DNA of 64,000 bases, from assembly GCA_965218295.1 (NCBI GenBank), contig CBDCKN010000013.1:192001-256000 (forward strand). Direction: 5' to 3'. A program made the translations under genes and the position numbers. This document shows, one piece after another, positions 20,215-31,869 of this stretch (the first letter of the stretch is position 1; each line of letters starts with the position of its first letter). Below the pieces are notes generated by a model that was given only the letters and a program-made list of their open reading frames with translations, did not search any database and was not told the origin of the DNA. This stretch comes from Longimicrobiales bacterium (lineage in GTDB: Bacteria; Gemmatimonadota; Gemmatimonadetes; Longimicrobiales; Gaopeijiaceae).

Positions 20215-21399
20215 ATGCGTAAACGACCCCTTACGGCCGCCTTCGTGGCGCGGGTGAAGACGCCGGGACGCTACGGCGACGGCGGGCTCGGCGGGCTCGG
20301 CCTGTACCTCCGCGTCCACCGGATGAAGTCCGGGCGCGTCTCCAAGTCCTGGGGCCAGCGCATTCGAGTGGCGGGGAAGCCCACCAACCTCGGACTGGGC
20401 TCGTACCCGGTCGTGACGCTCAGGGAGGCGAGGGAGAAGGCGCTGGAGTACAGGCGGGCAGTCCATTGGGGCCACGACCCGAGAGACGCGGGGGTTCCCA
20501 CCTTCGAGGCGGCCGTCGAGAATGTGATCGCGATCCACTCGCCGACCTGGAAGAACCCATCCCGCATGGCCGGGCAATGGCGGCAGACGCTGCGGGACTA
20601 CGCCGATCCGCGCATCGGCCGGAAACGCGTGAGCGAGATCGCGACGGCCGACGTGCTCGCCATCCTCAAGCCCATCTGGTCGAGCAAGCCCGCGACCGCG
20701 AGGGCCGTGCACCAGCGGATCGGCGCGGTGATGAAGTGGGCCGTCGCGAAGGGCTACCGGCCGGACAACCCGGCGGGGGACGCCATCGCCGCCGCACTGC
20801 CGCGCAACGGCAACGCCATCCGGCATCACAAGGCGCTCCCGCACGGCGAGGTGGCGGCGGCTCTGGCCGAGGTCCGCGACTCGGGGTCCCATGCCGGTGT
20901 CCGGCTGGCGCTCGAGTTCATGGTCCTGACGGCGACACGCTCGAACGAGGTCCGGGGCGCGACGTGGGACGAGTTCGATCACGATGTCTGGACCATTCCC
21001 GCCAGCCGCATGAAGGCGAAGCGCGAGCACCGGGTTCCCCTGTCGAGGCGGGCCTTGGAGATCCTTGAGGAAGCCCGGAAGCGCCACGACGAGGGCGGGA
21101 ACGTGTTCCGGGGCGCGAAGGGAGGGAGGATCAACGCCTCGATGTTCAGCGGCCTGCTCCGGCGTCTCGGCATCGGGGGAACGCCCCACGGGATGAGGTC
21201 CTCGTTCCGCGACTGGTGCTCGGAGACGGGCGTGGCGCGCGAGGTGGCCGAAGCGGCGCTGGCCCACGTCGTGAAGAACAAGGTCGAGGCCGCCTACGCC
21301 CGCTCGGACCTGCTGGACCGGAGGCGCGAGGTCATGGAGGCCTGGGCCGACTATCTCGCCAGCGAGCGTCGAGACACCAAGGCCGGACCGATCCGTTGA
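20215..21399 (+). CDS. P4-like tyrosine integrase
   Basis: Arm domain GLYLRV; TATRSNE, HGMRSSFRDW, LAH, AYARSD; about 25 substitutions in 394 aa versus 43605-44789. Confidence 0.94.
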   Translation: MRKRPLTAAFVARVKTPGRYGDGGLGGLGLYLRVHRMKSGRVSKSWGQRIRVAGKPTNLGLGSYPVVTLREAREKALEYRRAVHWGHDPRDAGVPTFEAAVENVIAIHSPTWKNPSRMAGQWRQTLRDYADPRIGRKRVSEIATADVLAILKPIWSSKPATARAVHQRIGAVMKWAVAKGYRPDNPAGDAIAAALPRNGNAIRHHKALPHGEVAAALAEVRDSGSHAGVRLALEFMVLTATRSNEVRGATWDEFDHDVWTIPASRMKAKREHRVPLSRRALEILEEARKRHDEGGNVFRGAKGGRINASMFSGLLRRLGIGGTPHGMRSSFRDWCSETGVAREVAEAALAHVVKNKVEAAYARSDLLDRRREVMEAWADYLASERRDTKAGPIR

Positions 21400-21402
21400 C
21401 GC

Positions 21403-21510
21403 GCTGGCTCATGACCCGTTACCTGTCATGAGCCAGCTTACCCTTTGGGGCCACGCTTCGCGGGTCCCCGGCAGGGGCTGGCGGGGGGCTGTGCCCCCTC
21501 TGACCCCCCC
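21403..21510. other. Putative oriT (ColE1/MOB-HEN-like nic CTGG^CTCA) with 13-bp hairpin; empty IS1111 target
   Basis: gctggctcatgac-ccgttacct-gtcatgagccagc followed by the conserved block; lies directly upstream of a mobC fragment. Confidence 0.72.
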
Positions 21511-21539
21511 AACGGCAACGGCACATCATGGGCGCTGGA

Positions 21540-21660
21540 CGCGACGTGTGGGTGCAGATCCGCGCCAGCGAGGTGGAGCGCGCCGCGTGGCACGCCAAGG
21601 CACGCTCCGCAGGGTTGACGCTGTCGGATCTGGTGCGCCGGTCGGTTGGCCGGGGTAGCT
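21540..21660 (+). pseudogene. mobC: MobC-like relaxosome ribbon-helix-helix protein fragment
   Basis: RDVWVQIRASEVERAAWHAKARSAGLTLSDLVRRSVGRV. Confidence 0.7.
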
Positions 21661-21971
21661 GTGTTCTAGCGGGAACCTGAACGGAGTACCGGGCGACTCC
21701 GAGGTCCCGCAGAAGGGAGGATTCCAGATGCCCAGGGGGACGGGCAGGATTGGCAGCTACTTACGGCGATCTTGCGTCTCAACGTCGTATCTTCCGAGGA
21801 GGCGGTCCCACGATGATGATTCTCTGATACAGCCTTCAAGCGGCGAGAGGCCACCAGCATCCTGGGGCAACGTCAAGCCGTTGACACCGTTTAGCCTTTG
21901 TGCTAGCCCGTGTCACATTCGTCCGGACGGGGTGAGCGTGATCCCCCTGGGGGCGTTTGGGCCGTAGACCC

Positions 21972-22493
21972 TCAGTTCCCCGCCGACGAGGGCGGCACGA
22001 TCCCGTTGATGCGCATGTAGGTGACCAGGTTCCCGTAGTGCTCGTAGTTGTGCATCGAATTGAACGCGAGCACGCCGCCGACAGCCATGTCGCCGCCGAA
22101 GAAGCTGACTGTCATCGCCGCCTGCTCATCGGTCATGGAGGCGTACACGGCGTCGCAGTAGGCGAACGCGTCGGCGAGAGCGGCGGTGATCTGGGCCTTG
22201 GTGGTGGCGGTCTCTTCCAGGTTCTCCGACATCGGGTTGTCCTGGCTGGAAGCGGCCGAACAGAAGGCGTACTGGGAGTTGGCCACGTGAGCCAGAATCT
22301 GCCCGAGGGTGCGCACTTCGTCCGTGGGCCGGAAGTCGTAGAGGTCGGCCGGCACCTTATCCGCCGTCGCCTTCAGGTTGGTCACGGTGATGTCGTGGAG
22401 GCCGTTGAGGGAGCCCGTCAACTGCGCATGGGCTGGAGCGGACGCGGCGAGGACGAGCAACAGGACGGCTGCGGCTGTGGAAACGAGTTTCAT
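21972..22493 (-). CDS. Secreted DinB family protein
   Basis: Signal peptide AHA-Q; FRPTDEVRTLGQILAHVA; HNYEHYGNLVTYMRINGIVPPS. Confidence 0.9.
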   Translation of the reverse strand: MKLVSTAAAVLLLVLAASAPAHAQLTGSLNGLHDITVTNLKATADKVPADLYDFRPTDEVRTLGQILAHVANSQYAFCSAASSQDNPMSENLEETATTKAQITAALADAFAYCDAVYASMTDEQAAMTVSFFGGDMAVGGVLAFNSMHNYEHYGNLVTYMRINGIVPPSSAGN

Positions 22494-22589
22494 GCGGGTT
22501 CTCCTGAGTTGATTCGTGGTGAGTTGTGGATGGATGAATCCTGCATCGTTGTAGAAACGGGTCGGGCCCGGATCCGGGTCTCACCGAAT

Positions 22590-22860
22590 CCGTTGCCCCG
22601 ACTGCTGCGGGCAGCACGTAGGCCGCCATGGTCGAGCGCCAGTCGCGTAGCGACTTCGAGTCGGCGCCGGCTCGCCAGGTCTCCGCCTTCTCCGCCAGCG
22701 CCCGCGGCTCGGCTTGAGCGAACGAGATCGTGCGCGCGCGGCGCGCGTCCGCCAGACTCACCAGCTCCGCGTTGCCGAGGCCGATGTCGACGCGCCGGCC
22801 GTGTACCATGAGTCGCTGGACCCACGAGCGGGAGCCGCTGTCGCGCACGCGCACCTGTTG
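22590..22860 (-). pseudogene. Decayed integrase N-terminal (Arm domain) fragments
   Basis: VRDSGSRSWVQRLMVHGRRVDIGLG..LVSLADAR; KSLRDWRSTMAAYVLP. Confidence 0.75.
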
Positions 22861-22866
22861 AGCGGA

Positions 22867-23005
22867 AAGGGTGATTGCAGGGGTGATAGACGAAGATCAT
22901 CTGAAGTCATAAGATGTGATGTAACATAGCGTTATGATCTATGCTATAGCGGACTGGGCGGCCTACCTGGCCGGCGAGACTCTAGACCCGGAGGCCGAGT
23001 TGTTC
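22867..23005 (-). other. Integrative-element att arm joined to an integrase 3' end
   Basis: Same repeats and spacing as 16124-16240; the plus strand then reads ADWAAYLAGETLDPEAE. Confidence 0.65.
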
Positions 23006-23279
23006 TAGGTGGAACCCGTAGCACCCGGTCATCATGCGGAGCAGGCTATGTCCAGACTCACCGTCCGATACGCCCTTCTCTCCCACGATCCCGTCCGCCG
23101 CGGTAACACTGCGTGGACGAACCGCATGGTCCATCTAGCGTTCGCTGCGGAAGGGCGGCAAGCGTCGTCCCGGCCGCGTCGACTCTAGATGTCAGCATCG
23201 AGCGCTGGGTGAACTCGAAACGGCAGGAATCCAGCTTGACGGACAGGTTCATCGAACTGAGGATTGTCTTCCCAATGGC

Positions 23280-24735
23280 GAAGCTGTCCCAACCGTAGTT
23301 GAAGGTTCCTGATAGGGGGAAAGAAAAGTGGTGGCTCCGGGGGTCCCGGGCCGATAGGCTCGGGTAGGCAAAAACCCCAACACGGAGCCACCACGATGAA
23401 GAGAACGTACGAGGTAAGGGATCGGGCGGACAAGCGCGCGATCAGGGAGTTCCTGAAGCGGGAGGGGCAGTTTCTGCTTCCGATGCTTGAGCTCGTGGAG
23501 CAGACGGAGGTCGTGATCGACGAAGTCATCCAGGTGATGGGACGAGCGACGATCGAAGCGGTGCTGGAGATGAGCGCCGAGGGTGTGGCAGGCGTGAAGC
23601 AGGCAGGTCGGTCACGAGCGGAAGACGACACGGTGTGGTATGGCCGGCAGGGTGGTGTGGTTTACCTGTCGGACCGGAAGGTGCGTGTGGAGCGGCCACG
23701 GCTCAGGCGCCGGGGCGCCGGGGAGGGTGGCGAGGTCGAGGTGCCGGCGTACGCAGCGATGCGGAGACCGGGCGCCGTGGCGGATCGGATGCTCGAGGTC
23801 CTGATGGCGGGGGTGAGCACGCGGAAGTACGGCCGTGTGATCGGTGAGATGGCCGACACGGTCGGGGTGAGCAAGTCGGCGGTGAGCCGTGAGACGGTCG
23901 AGGCCTCGGAGCGCGTGCTGAAGGAGCTGATGGAGCGCCGGCTGGATGCGTGGGACCTCCTGGTGATCTACCTGGACGGGATCCAGATGGGCTCGCACCA
24001 CGTGCTTGCTGCGGTAGGCGTGGACTCAGACGGAAAGAAGCACGTGCTGGGCGTGAGGGAAGGAGCGAGTGAGAACGCCGAGGTGACCGGGGCGCTCCTA
24101 GAGGATCTGGTCGAGCGCGGCCTGGACCCGGGCAGGCGGCGGCTGTTCGTGATCGATGGCTCGAAAGCGCTCAGGAAGGCGATCGAGAAGGTGTTCGGCC
24201 AACGTCACCCCATCCAGCGCTGCCGCAACCACAAGCTCCGCAACGTGCTGGGTCATCTGCCGAAGGATCAGCATCCTCAGGTGAAGGCGGCGTTCCGGGC
24301 GGCGATGAAGCTGGACGCGAAGCAGGGCGAGCAGAAGCTCGAGCAGCTCGCCCGATGGCTCGAGCGCGACCACCCCTCGGCCTCGGCCAGCCTACGCGAA
24401 GGCCTCAGCGAGATGTTCACGATCAACCGGCTCGGCCTCCCGCCGCGGCTGAGGAAGTGCCTGGGCTCGACCAACCTGATCGACAGCACCCACTCGGGCG
24501 TAAGACAGAAGACCCGCAGGGTGACCAACTGGAAGAACGGAGCGATGGCCTTGCGCTGGGCTGCGGCCTCGTTCGTGGAGACCGAGAAGAGCTACCGGAG
24601 GATCATCGGCTACGACCAGCTCTGGATGCTCAGGGCCCACCTCGACGACCATGAACCGGTTGCCGAAATGAGAAAGGCAGGCTAACAAGGAGACTCTCCG
24701 GAGCCACCACCTTCAACTGTCAGCGGGACACCATC
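23280..24735 (+). mobile_element. IS256 family element, complete, 8-bp TSD CCAATGGC
   Basis: IRs GAAGCTGTCCC..AGTTGAAGGT and GATGGTGTCCC..AGTTGAAGGT; TSD at 23272-23279 and 24736-24743. Confidence 0.93.
23396..24685 (+). CDS. IS256 (Mutator) transposase
   Basis: GVSTRK, IYLDG, VIDGSKAL, QRCRNHK, STNLID. Confidence 0.94.
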   Translation: MKRTYEVRDRADKRAIREFLKREGQFLLPMLELVEQTEVVIDEVIQVMGRATIEAVLEMSAEGVAGVKQAGRSRAEDDTVWYGRQGGVVYLSDRKVRVERPRLRRRGAGEGGEVEVPAYAAMRRPGAVADRMLEVLMAGVSTRKYGRVIGEMADTVGVSKSAVSRETVEASERVLKELMERRLDAWDLLVIYLDGIQMGSHHVLAAVGVDSDGKKHVLGVREGASENAEVTGALLEDLVERGLDPGRRRLFVIDGSKALRKAIEKVFGQRHPIQRCRNHKLRNVLGHLPKDQHPQVKAAFRAAMKLDAKQGEQKLEQLARWLERDHPSASASLREGLSEMFTINRLGLPPRLRKCLGSTNLIDSTHSGVRQKTRRVTNWKNGAMALRWAAASFVETEKSYRRIIGYDQLWMLRAHLDDHEPVAEMRKAG

Positions 24736-24762
24736 CCAATGGCTCCTGGCACCAACAGTACG

Positions 24763-25939
<1,177 letters not shown>

Positions 25940-26228
25940 ATGGTTAACATGGTCATAGATCCCATTATCACCACAGCCGTGGCAATCGCTTTTCGGGACA
26001 AGATATCGAACGCCGTTGGCATTTTGTTTGAGCCCCGACAGATTAGAAGAATCACCGCAGCGAAGGCCGAGGCCGCAAAGCTGGAGGCTCAGTCTGAAAT
26101 TGAGATAACCGAGTTACATCGCAGGGCCGCCCGTCGATGGATCGACGAAGAAGCACAGCGTCAGAAGAACATGGAAGAAATTGCTGCTAAAGCATTGCCG
26201 CACTTGAAGGAAGACGCGGATCCCGGTT
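25940..26228 (+). pseudogene. DUF2806-like protein N-terminus, truncated by IS3
   Basis: KISNAVGILFEPRQIRR..AEA..RAARRWIDEEAQRQKNMEEIAAKAL. Confidence 0.7.
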
Positions 26229-27138
26229 TGACCTGCCCCGAAGAGCGGGACCACATTCTATGTTAGTCCCAGCACCTGTGGAGGGCCGAGAAGGACGGGC
26301 ATCCTCAGGAACCAGGGCGACGGCTTAATCGCCTCAGGGGCCGGGGGAAAGCCGCCGCAGGCGCTGTGGGGTCGGACGGTATCGTACTCGCGCCTCCATT
26401 GCTCGACCAGCACGGCCGCCTCCGCCAACGAGTAGAAGAGCTCCCCGTTCAACAGCTCGTCCCTGAGCTTGCCGTTGAAGCTCTCGTTGTAGCCGTTCTC
26501 CCACGGGCTGCCCGGCTCGATAAAGAGCGTCTCGACGCCCACGCGCCCCAACCACCGCCGCACGAGCTTCGCGGTGAACTCCGGTCCGTTGTCCGACCTC
26601 AGATACTCGGGAGGCCCGTGTCGGACGAACAGATCGGCCAGCACCTCGAGCACGTCGTGCGAGCGGATCTTGCGAGCCACCACGATCGCCAGGCACTCCC
26701 TCGTGTGCTCGTCCAGCACTGTCAGCAGCTTCAGGGCGCACGCCCGTCGTGCGTCCTCGAGGCCACGAAGTCGTACGACCAGACGTGGCCCCGATACAGC
26801 GGCCGGAGCCGGATGCACGATCCGTCGTTGAGCCACAGCCGACCTCGCTTCGGCTGCCGCTCCGGCACCTTCAGCCCCTCCTGCCTCCAGATCCGCTCCA
26901 CCCGCTTGTGCTTCACCCCCCAGCCCTCGATGCGGAGCATGTCCGTGACGCGTCGGTAGCCGTAGCGGCCGAATCGACTCGCGAGTCGCACGATATCACC
27001 TCGGAGCGCCCCCTCGTCACTCGCCACTTTCCTCGCCCGGCGCTGGGTCGTGCGTGGCTGCCCGAGCACCCGGCACGCTCTCCTCTCCGACGCCCCGAGC
27101 TGCTGACGTACACGCACCACACAACGTCGTCGGCGCTC
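26229..27138 (-). mobile_element. IS3 (IS407-like) partial copy: IRR plus frameshifted orfB
   Basis: Near-identical to 13995-14900; frameshift near 26735; orfA and IRL lost. Confidence 0.9.
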
Positions 27139-27399
27139 GCCCTCCGGCGAGCTTCGCTCCTCGCTATCTCCCCGGCAGCTCGCCAATCTGCGTCGACATC
27201 GGCGAGATGCGGAGTCGCCCGACAACCTGCGTCGATCGGGGTGCAATGGTGCTTTGCGAGGTCAGCGCGGTAGTAAACGTTCGATAAAGGCTCGGCCAGA
27301 CTGTGACGGGCCGGACGTACGTCCGGTTGCCGATCGTGCCTCATAAATTGAGCATTGCCATCGAGTGGCCCTTGCACATCGGAGATTAGCTCGCGCTAA

Positions 27400-29298
27400 A
27401 TGGTCGAACGTTGGCGCAAGACCCCTGGAGCCTGGTACATGAATATTGGTCAGATCGTCGACGCATTGGGCGGATGGTGTTACCGGTCCTCTGTCGCTCG
27501 GGAGCTTGAAAGACGATGGTACCGATCACGTTTCTGGCGCTTGGTCGGGGAATCGTGGAACCGTAAACGTGTCGGCCGCTATCGGCCGCATCATCTGTAT
27601 GAGACGGTCATCAGCAACGATCGTATGTGGTTCAAGCTGCAAGCTTCATGTTGGTCATCCAGACAAGCGGCGGCGTTCCTGGAGTCCAGATTCAACGGAA
27701 CCCTGTATGTCACCGCAGACGGTCACCGACCGGTTACACCCTTTCGGCTCTCCGATTGTTCAAGCCACGTAGCCAATTGGGAGTCGATCGTAGATCGACT
27801 CCCGAAAGAGTGGGACGACGGGGAATACAGGATCGAACGGTATCCGTACCCATGGTGCGAAACGTTGTCGGATAACTGCGACTGCCACGGAGCGAAAGGG
27901 AGACTGGACGCCGCGTATTGTTCTGACTTCGGCTTGCACGATGACACGGATAAGCGCACCAGCAAGTCTGAGAACGTCAGGCATCGCGAGTATATCCAAT
28001 CGATGGAGGAGAGGCTTACTGGCCTCGACGAGTCCCGAAGAAAGGAGAGGCTCGAAAGAGAGCGGCGATCACCGCCCCGGGGTGAGGTCATTTTCGAGGC
28101 GAATCCAGAAGAGCGAAGCGGAGAGCAGAGGGGTATAACTGGTCCACCGGCTGTTGCGATCGAAGGAGTCAACCGATTGGTTGCCCGGGGGTTGTATTGC
28201 TCGATCCACGAGAGTCATCACCTATACGACGACCAGGCCATACGGAAAACGATGGCGCGCCTTACCGCGGCTTACGCACAAATGGCGACTTTGAATGAGG
28301 CAAACCGCGCGGTTGCGATGTCGAACATGGGCGACATCGCAGCGCACTGGCTTCAAATCCTTCAATCGGAGGAGTGCGCGCAGAGGTCCGTGTGGGGTGA
28401 TTCGGACATCCCCGACATCCTATACAAGTACATCCCCAAAAAACTCATCGGCGAGGGACCACCGCGCAATCTGCGGGCGACTCAATTGTTGGCCCTGAAC
28501 GACGATATGGAATGCAATGTCATAACGATGAAGAGCCACAGGCAGGAGGATACGCTCGCTTTTCTGGCTATGGTGCAATCGAAACTGGAAGGGCACTTGG
28601 GTATTGCGATGCCATGGGAAGAACTATTGACACGGTCGCTCCGCTACGGCGACCTGCGGCTGTCCACATTCATCCAAGAATACTTGAATACGCTGGTGGG
28701 AGTGGTCTCGTTTAGCACAGACATACTCGTTCCCACGATGTGGGCGCATTATGCCCAGAATACTGGTATAGTCGTGGGCTACGATACGGAGGCATTGAGC
28801 GCTCTAGGCTTTGAATTAAGGCCGGTCATTTACTCGGAAATAGCCCCCATATACCAGCCATCGGTAGGCGAATCTATCCGGCTAGATTTTGTCGACCGAG
28901 AGAGCATGGAACGTGATTTGAGGATAGGACGGAATGCAGAAGGATTCCCGATTCTTACGAGTACAAATATCGCGGAGTTTGGAGCGACTTGGAAGTCACT
29001 GTCCAGGCTGTTGCTGGTGAAAGGGATATCGTGGGGGTACGAGAAGGAAGTCCGGCTATTGGTTGATCTGGAGCAGGCGCGCGACACCGGAAAGGAGGAC
29101 TGTAACGGCTGGCCCGTCAAAGTAATAGACCCTCCGCCGGAGGCAATAAAGGAAATCTACCGTGGGGCGAACACCCGGAAAGCGGACGTTGAACGAGCCG
29201 TTCAGGTCGCCCGTGGCGAGAACAAGAGCGGGCTATTCGTGGGCCATGTATCATCCCACGCTTTCAGGATACAGAAGACCGGCGGTGTAAACCATTGA
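27400..29298 (+). CDS. Hypothetical protein with C-terminal DUF2971-like domain
   Basis: 632-aa low-GC ORF; ILYKY, VVSFS..PTMWAHYA..GIVVGYD, KGISWGYEKEVR. Confidence 0.7.
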   Translation: MVERWRKTPGAWYMNIGQIVDALGGWCYRSSVARELERRWYRSRFWRLVGESWNRKRVGRYRPHHLYETVISNDRMWFKLQASCWSSRQAAAFLESRFNGTLYVTADGHRPVTPFRLSDCSSHVANWESIVDRLPKEWDDGEYRIERYPYPWCETLSDNCDCHGAKGRLDAAYCSDFGLHDDTDKRTSKSENVRHREYIQSMEERLTGLDESRRKERLERERRSPPRGEVIFEANPEERSGEQRGITGPPAVAIEGVNRLVARGLYCSIHESHHLYDDQAIRKTMARLTAAYAQMATLNEANRAVAMSNMGDIAAHWLQILQSEECAQRSVWGDSDIPDILYKYIPKKLIGEGPPRNLRATQLLALNDDMECNVITMKSHRQEDTLAFLAMVQSKLEGHLGIAMPWEELLTRSLRYGDLRLSTFIQEYLNTLVGVVSFSTDILVPTMWAHYAQNTGIVVGYDTEALSALGFELRPVIYSEIAPIYQPSVGESIRLDFVDRESMERDLRIGRNAEGFPILTSTNIAEFGATWKSLSRLLLVKGISWGYEKEVRLLVDLEQARDTGKEDCNGWPVKVIDPPPEAIKEIYRGANTRKADVERAVQVARGENKSGLFVGHVSSHAFRIQKTGGVNH

Positions 29299-29338
29299 AC
29301 GTGGTGTTGCGCAGCTCTTCTCCTCTGAACGGAACATC

Positions 29339-30541
29339 CTAGCCAGAAAGGAACCAAGGCGATGGCTTGATCGCCTCCGGGGCGGCGGGTCGCCGACCCG
29401 AGGCGCTGTGGGGTCGGACAGTATTGTACAGCCGCCTCCACTGCTCGACGAGGATGACGGCCTCGGGGAGTGTGTAGAAGATCTCCCCGTTCAGGAACTC
29501 GTCCCTCAGCTTGCCGTTGAAGCTCTCGTTGTAGCCGTTCTCCCAGGGACTGCCGGGCTCGATGGAGAGCGTCTGGACGCCGAGCCTGGCTAGCCACTGC
29601 CGCACGAGCTTGGCCGTGAACTCCGGACCGTTGTCCGAACGTAGATGCTCGGGCGGCCCGTGCCGTGCGAAGAGATCGGCCAGCACCTCGAGCACGTCAT
29701 GGGCTCGGATCTTCCGAGCCACCTTGATCGCCATACACTGCCTCGTGGACTCGTCGAGTACGGTCAGCAGCTTCAGAGGCCGACCGTCGTGCGTCCGCGC
29801 GTTCACGAAGTCGTAGGACCAGACATGATTCTTATGCAGCGGTCTCAGCCGGATGCACGAGCCATCATTCAGCCACAGCCGACCCCGTTTCGGCTGCCTT
29901 CGGGGCACTTTTAGCCCCTCCTTACGCCAGATCCACTCCACCCGCTTGTGCTTCACCCGCCAGCCCTCGATCCGCAGCAGGTTCGTGATCTGGCGGTACC
30001 CGTAGCGGCCGAACCGGCTCGCTAACCGCATCACGTCCGAGCGAAGCGCCGCCTCGTCGGCCCGCACCTTCCGCCGACGATGCTGCGTCGACCGTGACTG
30101 GCCCAGCACCCGGCACGCATGCCGCTCACTCGCCCCGAGCCGCTGGCGCACATGCACCACCGCCCTGCGTCTTCGCTCGGGGCTCAGAAGTTTCCCTTCG
30201 CCGCTTCCTCCAGGATCAGCTTGTTCAGTGTCAAGTCCGCCACTGCTCGCTTCAGGCGCCCGTTCTCGCGCTCGAACTCCTTCAGGCGCCGTGCCCCTGG
30301 CTCACCTTCATCCCGCCGTACTCCCGCCTCCACCGGTAGTACGTCTGCTCGCTGATGCCGAGCTCCCGGCTCATCAGCTTCACGGATTTGCCGCGGGCCA
30401 GACCGACCTCTGCCTCCCGCAGTGCAGTGATGATCTGCTCCAGAGTGTGTCGCTTCCTTCCCATCCTGACCTCCTCGCTGAAAAGCTTCAGACCAACTCA
30501 TCCTAACATTGCACCTGGTCTCGTTTCAGGGGGGCAGGTCA
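29339..30541 (-). mobile_element. IS3 (IS407-like) diverged copy; orfA frameshifted, IRR missing
   Basis: orfB 29339-30187, orfA 30184-30464, IRL ending GGCAGGTCA at 30541. Confidence 0.9.
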
Positions 30542-30609
30542 GTGCGTCCACGCGGGCGTTCGCCGTATGCCGGGTTCCGTGCATCATTGAGTAGCTTCGT
30601 AGCGAGCCC

Positions 30610-31533
30610 ATGAATAACGCCCGACTTCAACACTACGTCCCTCAATTCCTGCTCCGGCGATTCACAGATGCCGACGGAGCCTTGGCCGTGTTTGATAAGT
30701 CGTCTGACCGATCCTTCACCACCGGGACGCGGGCCGTTGCGGCGGAAGCCTTCTTTTACGACGTAGAGAGCAACGAAGATGTCCTGACTCTGGAGCCTGG
30801 CCTCGCTGAAGTTGAAGCTCAGACCGCAGGGATCATCGAGAGCATCCATCAGGATGCGTCACTGCAAGGCCTGTCTGACATCGATCGTGCAAAGTTGTCT
30901 CTATTCATAGCGATTCAGGCCCTTCGCACACGGCATCAACGCACGAACATCTTGCACATGCACAAGCTCCTCATTGACAAGGTGAATCGCGTAGTCCCCG
31001 AGGACATGTCTGAAGCGCGGCTCCCAGCACCAACGGAAGAAGACGCCAAGCGCGTCTCCTTGGGGCTGATCGTAGACGGGGCCGAGGAGATCGCGCAGAT
31101 CATTGCCGCTAAACCGTGGGTGCTGGCCCGGGCGCCTGACGGGGACCTCTATATCGGTGACAACCCCGTTGCCATGTACAACGAGCGAGATTTCGGCTAC
31201 CACGGGAATACCGGCTTCGCTGTGCCCGGAGTGGAGATCCACTTTCCACTCGGCCCCTGCCTTACGCTGTACATTCCCTGCCCTTCCGACATAGAGCGGG
31301 TGAGGAAGATCTTCTCTGACTCGAGGGGGCGGTTCGGTGGAGCCCTTGTGAAGGCTGTTGACACAGGAGATCCCTTCGAGCTCGCACCGGAGAACGTAGA
31401 ACGGAAAAACTTCCTCCAGGTTCTCTATGCTGGCCGGTGGATCTTCTCAGCCACCGGGGCCTTCCCACTAGCTCGGCGCATAATCCGTGAGGTCCCCCGG
31501 TATCGATCCGGGCCCTTGGGTACGGTGTCATGA
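30610..31533 (+). CDS. DUF4238 domain protein
   Basis: QHYVPQFLLRRF, LEPGLAEVE, IGDNPV, FPLGP. Confidence 0.85.
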   Translation: MNNARLQHYVPQFLLRRFTDADGALAVFDKSSDRSFTTGTRAVAAEAFFYDVESNEDVLTLEPGLAEVEAQTAGIIESIHQDASLQGLSDIDRAKLSLFIAIQALRTRHQRTNILHMHKLLIDKVNRVVPEDMSEARLPAPTEEDAKRVSLGLIVDGAEEIAQIIAAKPWVLARAPDGDLYIGDNPVAMYNERDFGYHGNTGFAVPGVEIHFPLGPCLTLYIPCPSDIERVRKIFSDSRGRFGGALVKAVDTGDPFELAPENVERKNFLQVLYAGRWIFSATGAFPLARRIIREVPRYRSGPLGTVS

Positions 31534-31869
31534 TGGCGTGGCAAGGGGCGTGTTCCGTTCAGCGACCGCGTGATGCCCGTCGGTAACGGGGCTGCTCGGC
31601 AGGCTCCGCCCTGCCGTCCGGTCTGGATGTGTTCGGAACATCCTCCATCCGGCGATTCCCCCAGCCAGAACGGGACTCTGGCCCTAGCCGCTGAGTAAGG
31701 ATAAACGACCGCATGGTTTCCGTCGCCGTCGCTCCGAGCGCCATCCGGACGCTACGGCCCGCCACAAGTCCGGAGCGTGGGTCACGACTGCGGCCGTCGG
31801 TCCGATAGCCGAACGCCAGAGGCGTTCATCCCGAGCAAGAGCTGAAGAGGTGGGGGGAGTGTCTACGAA

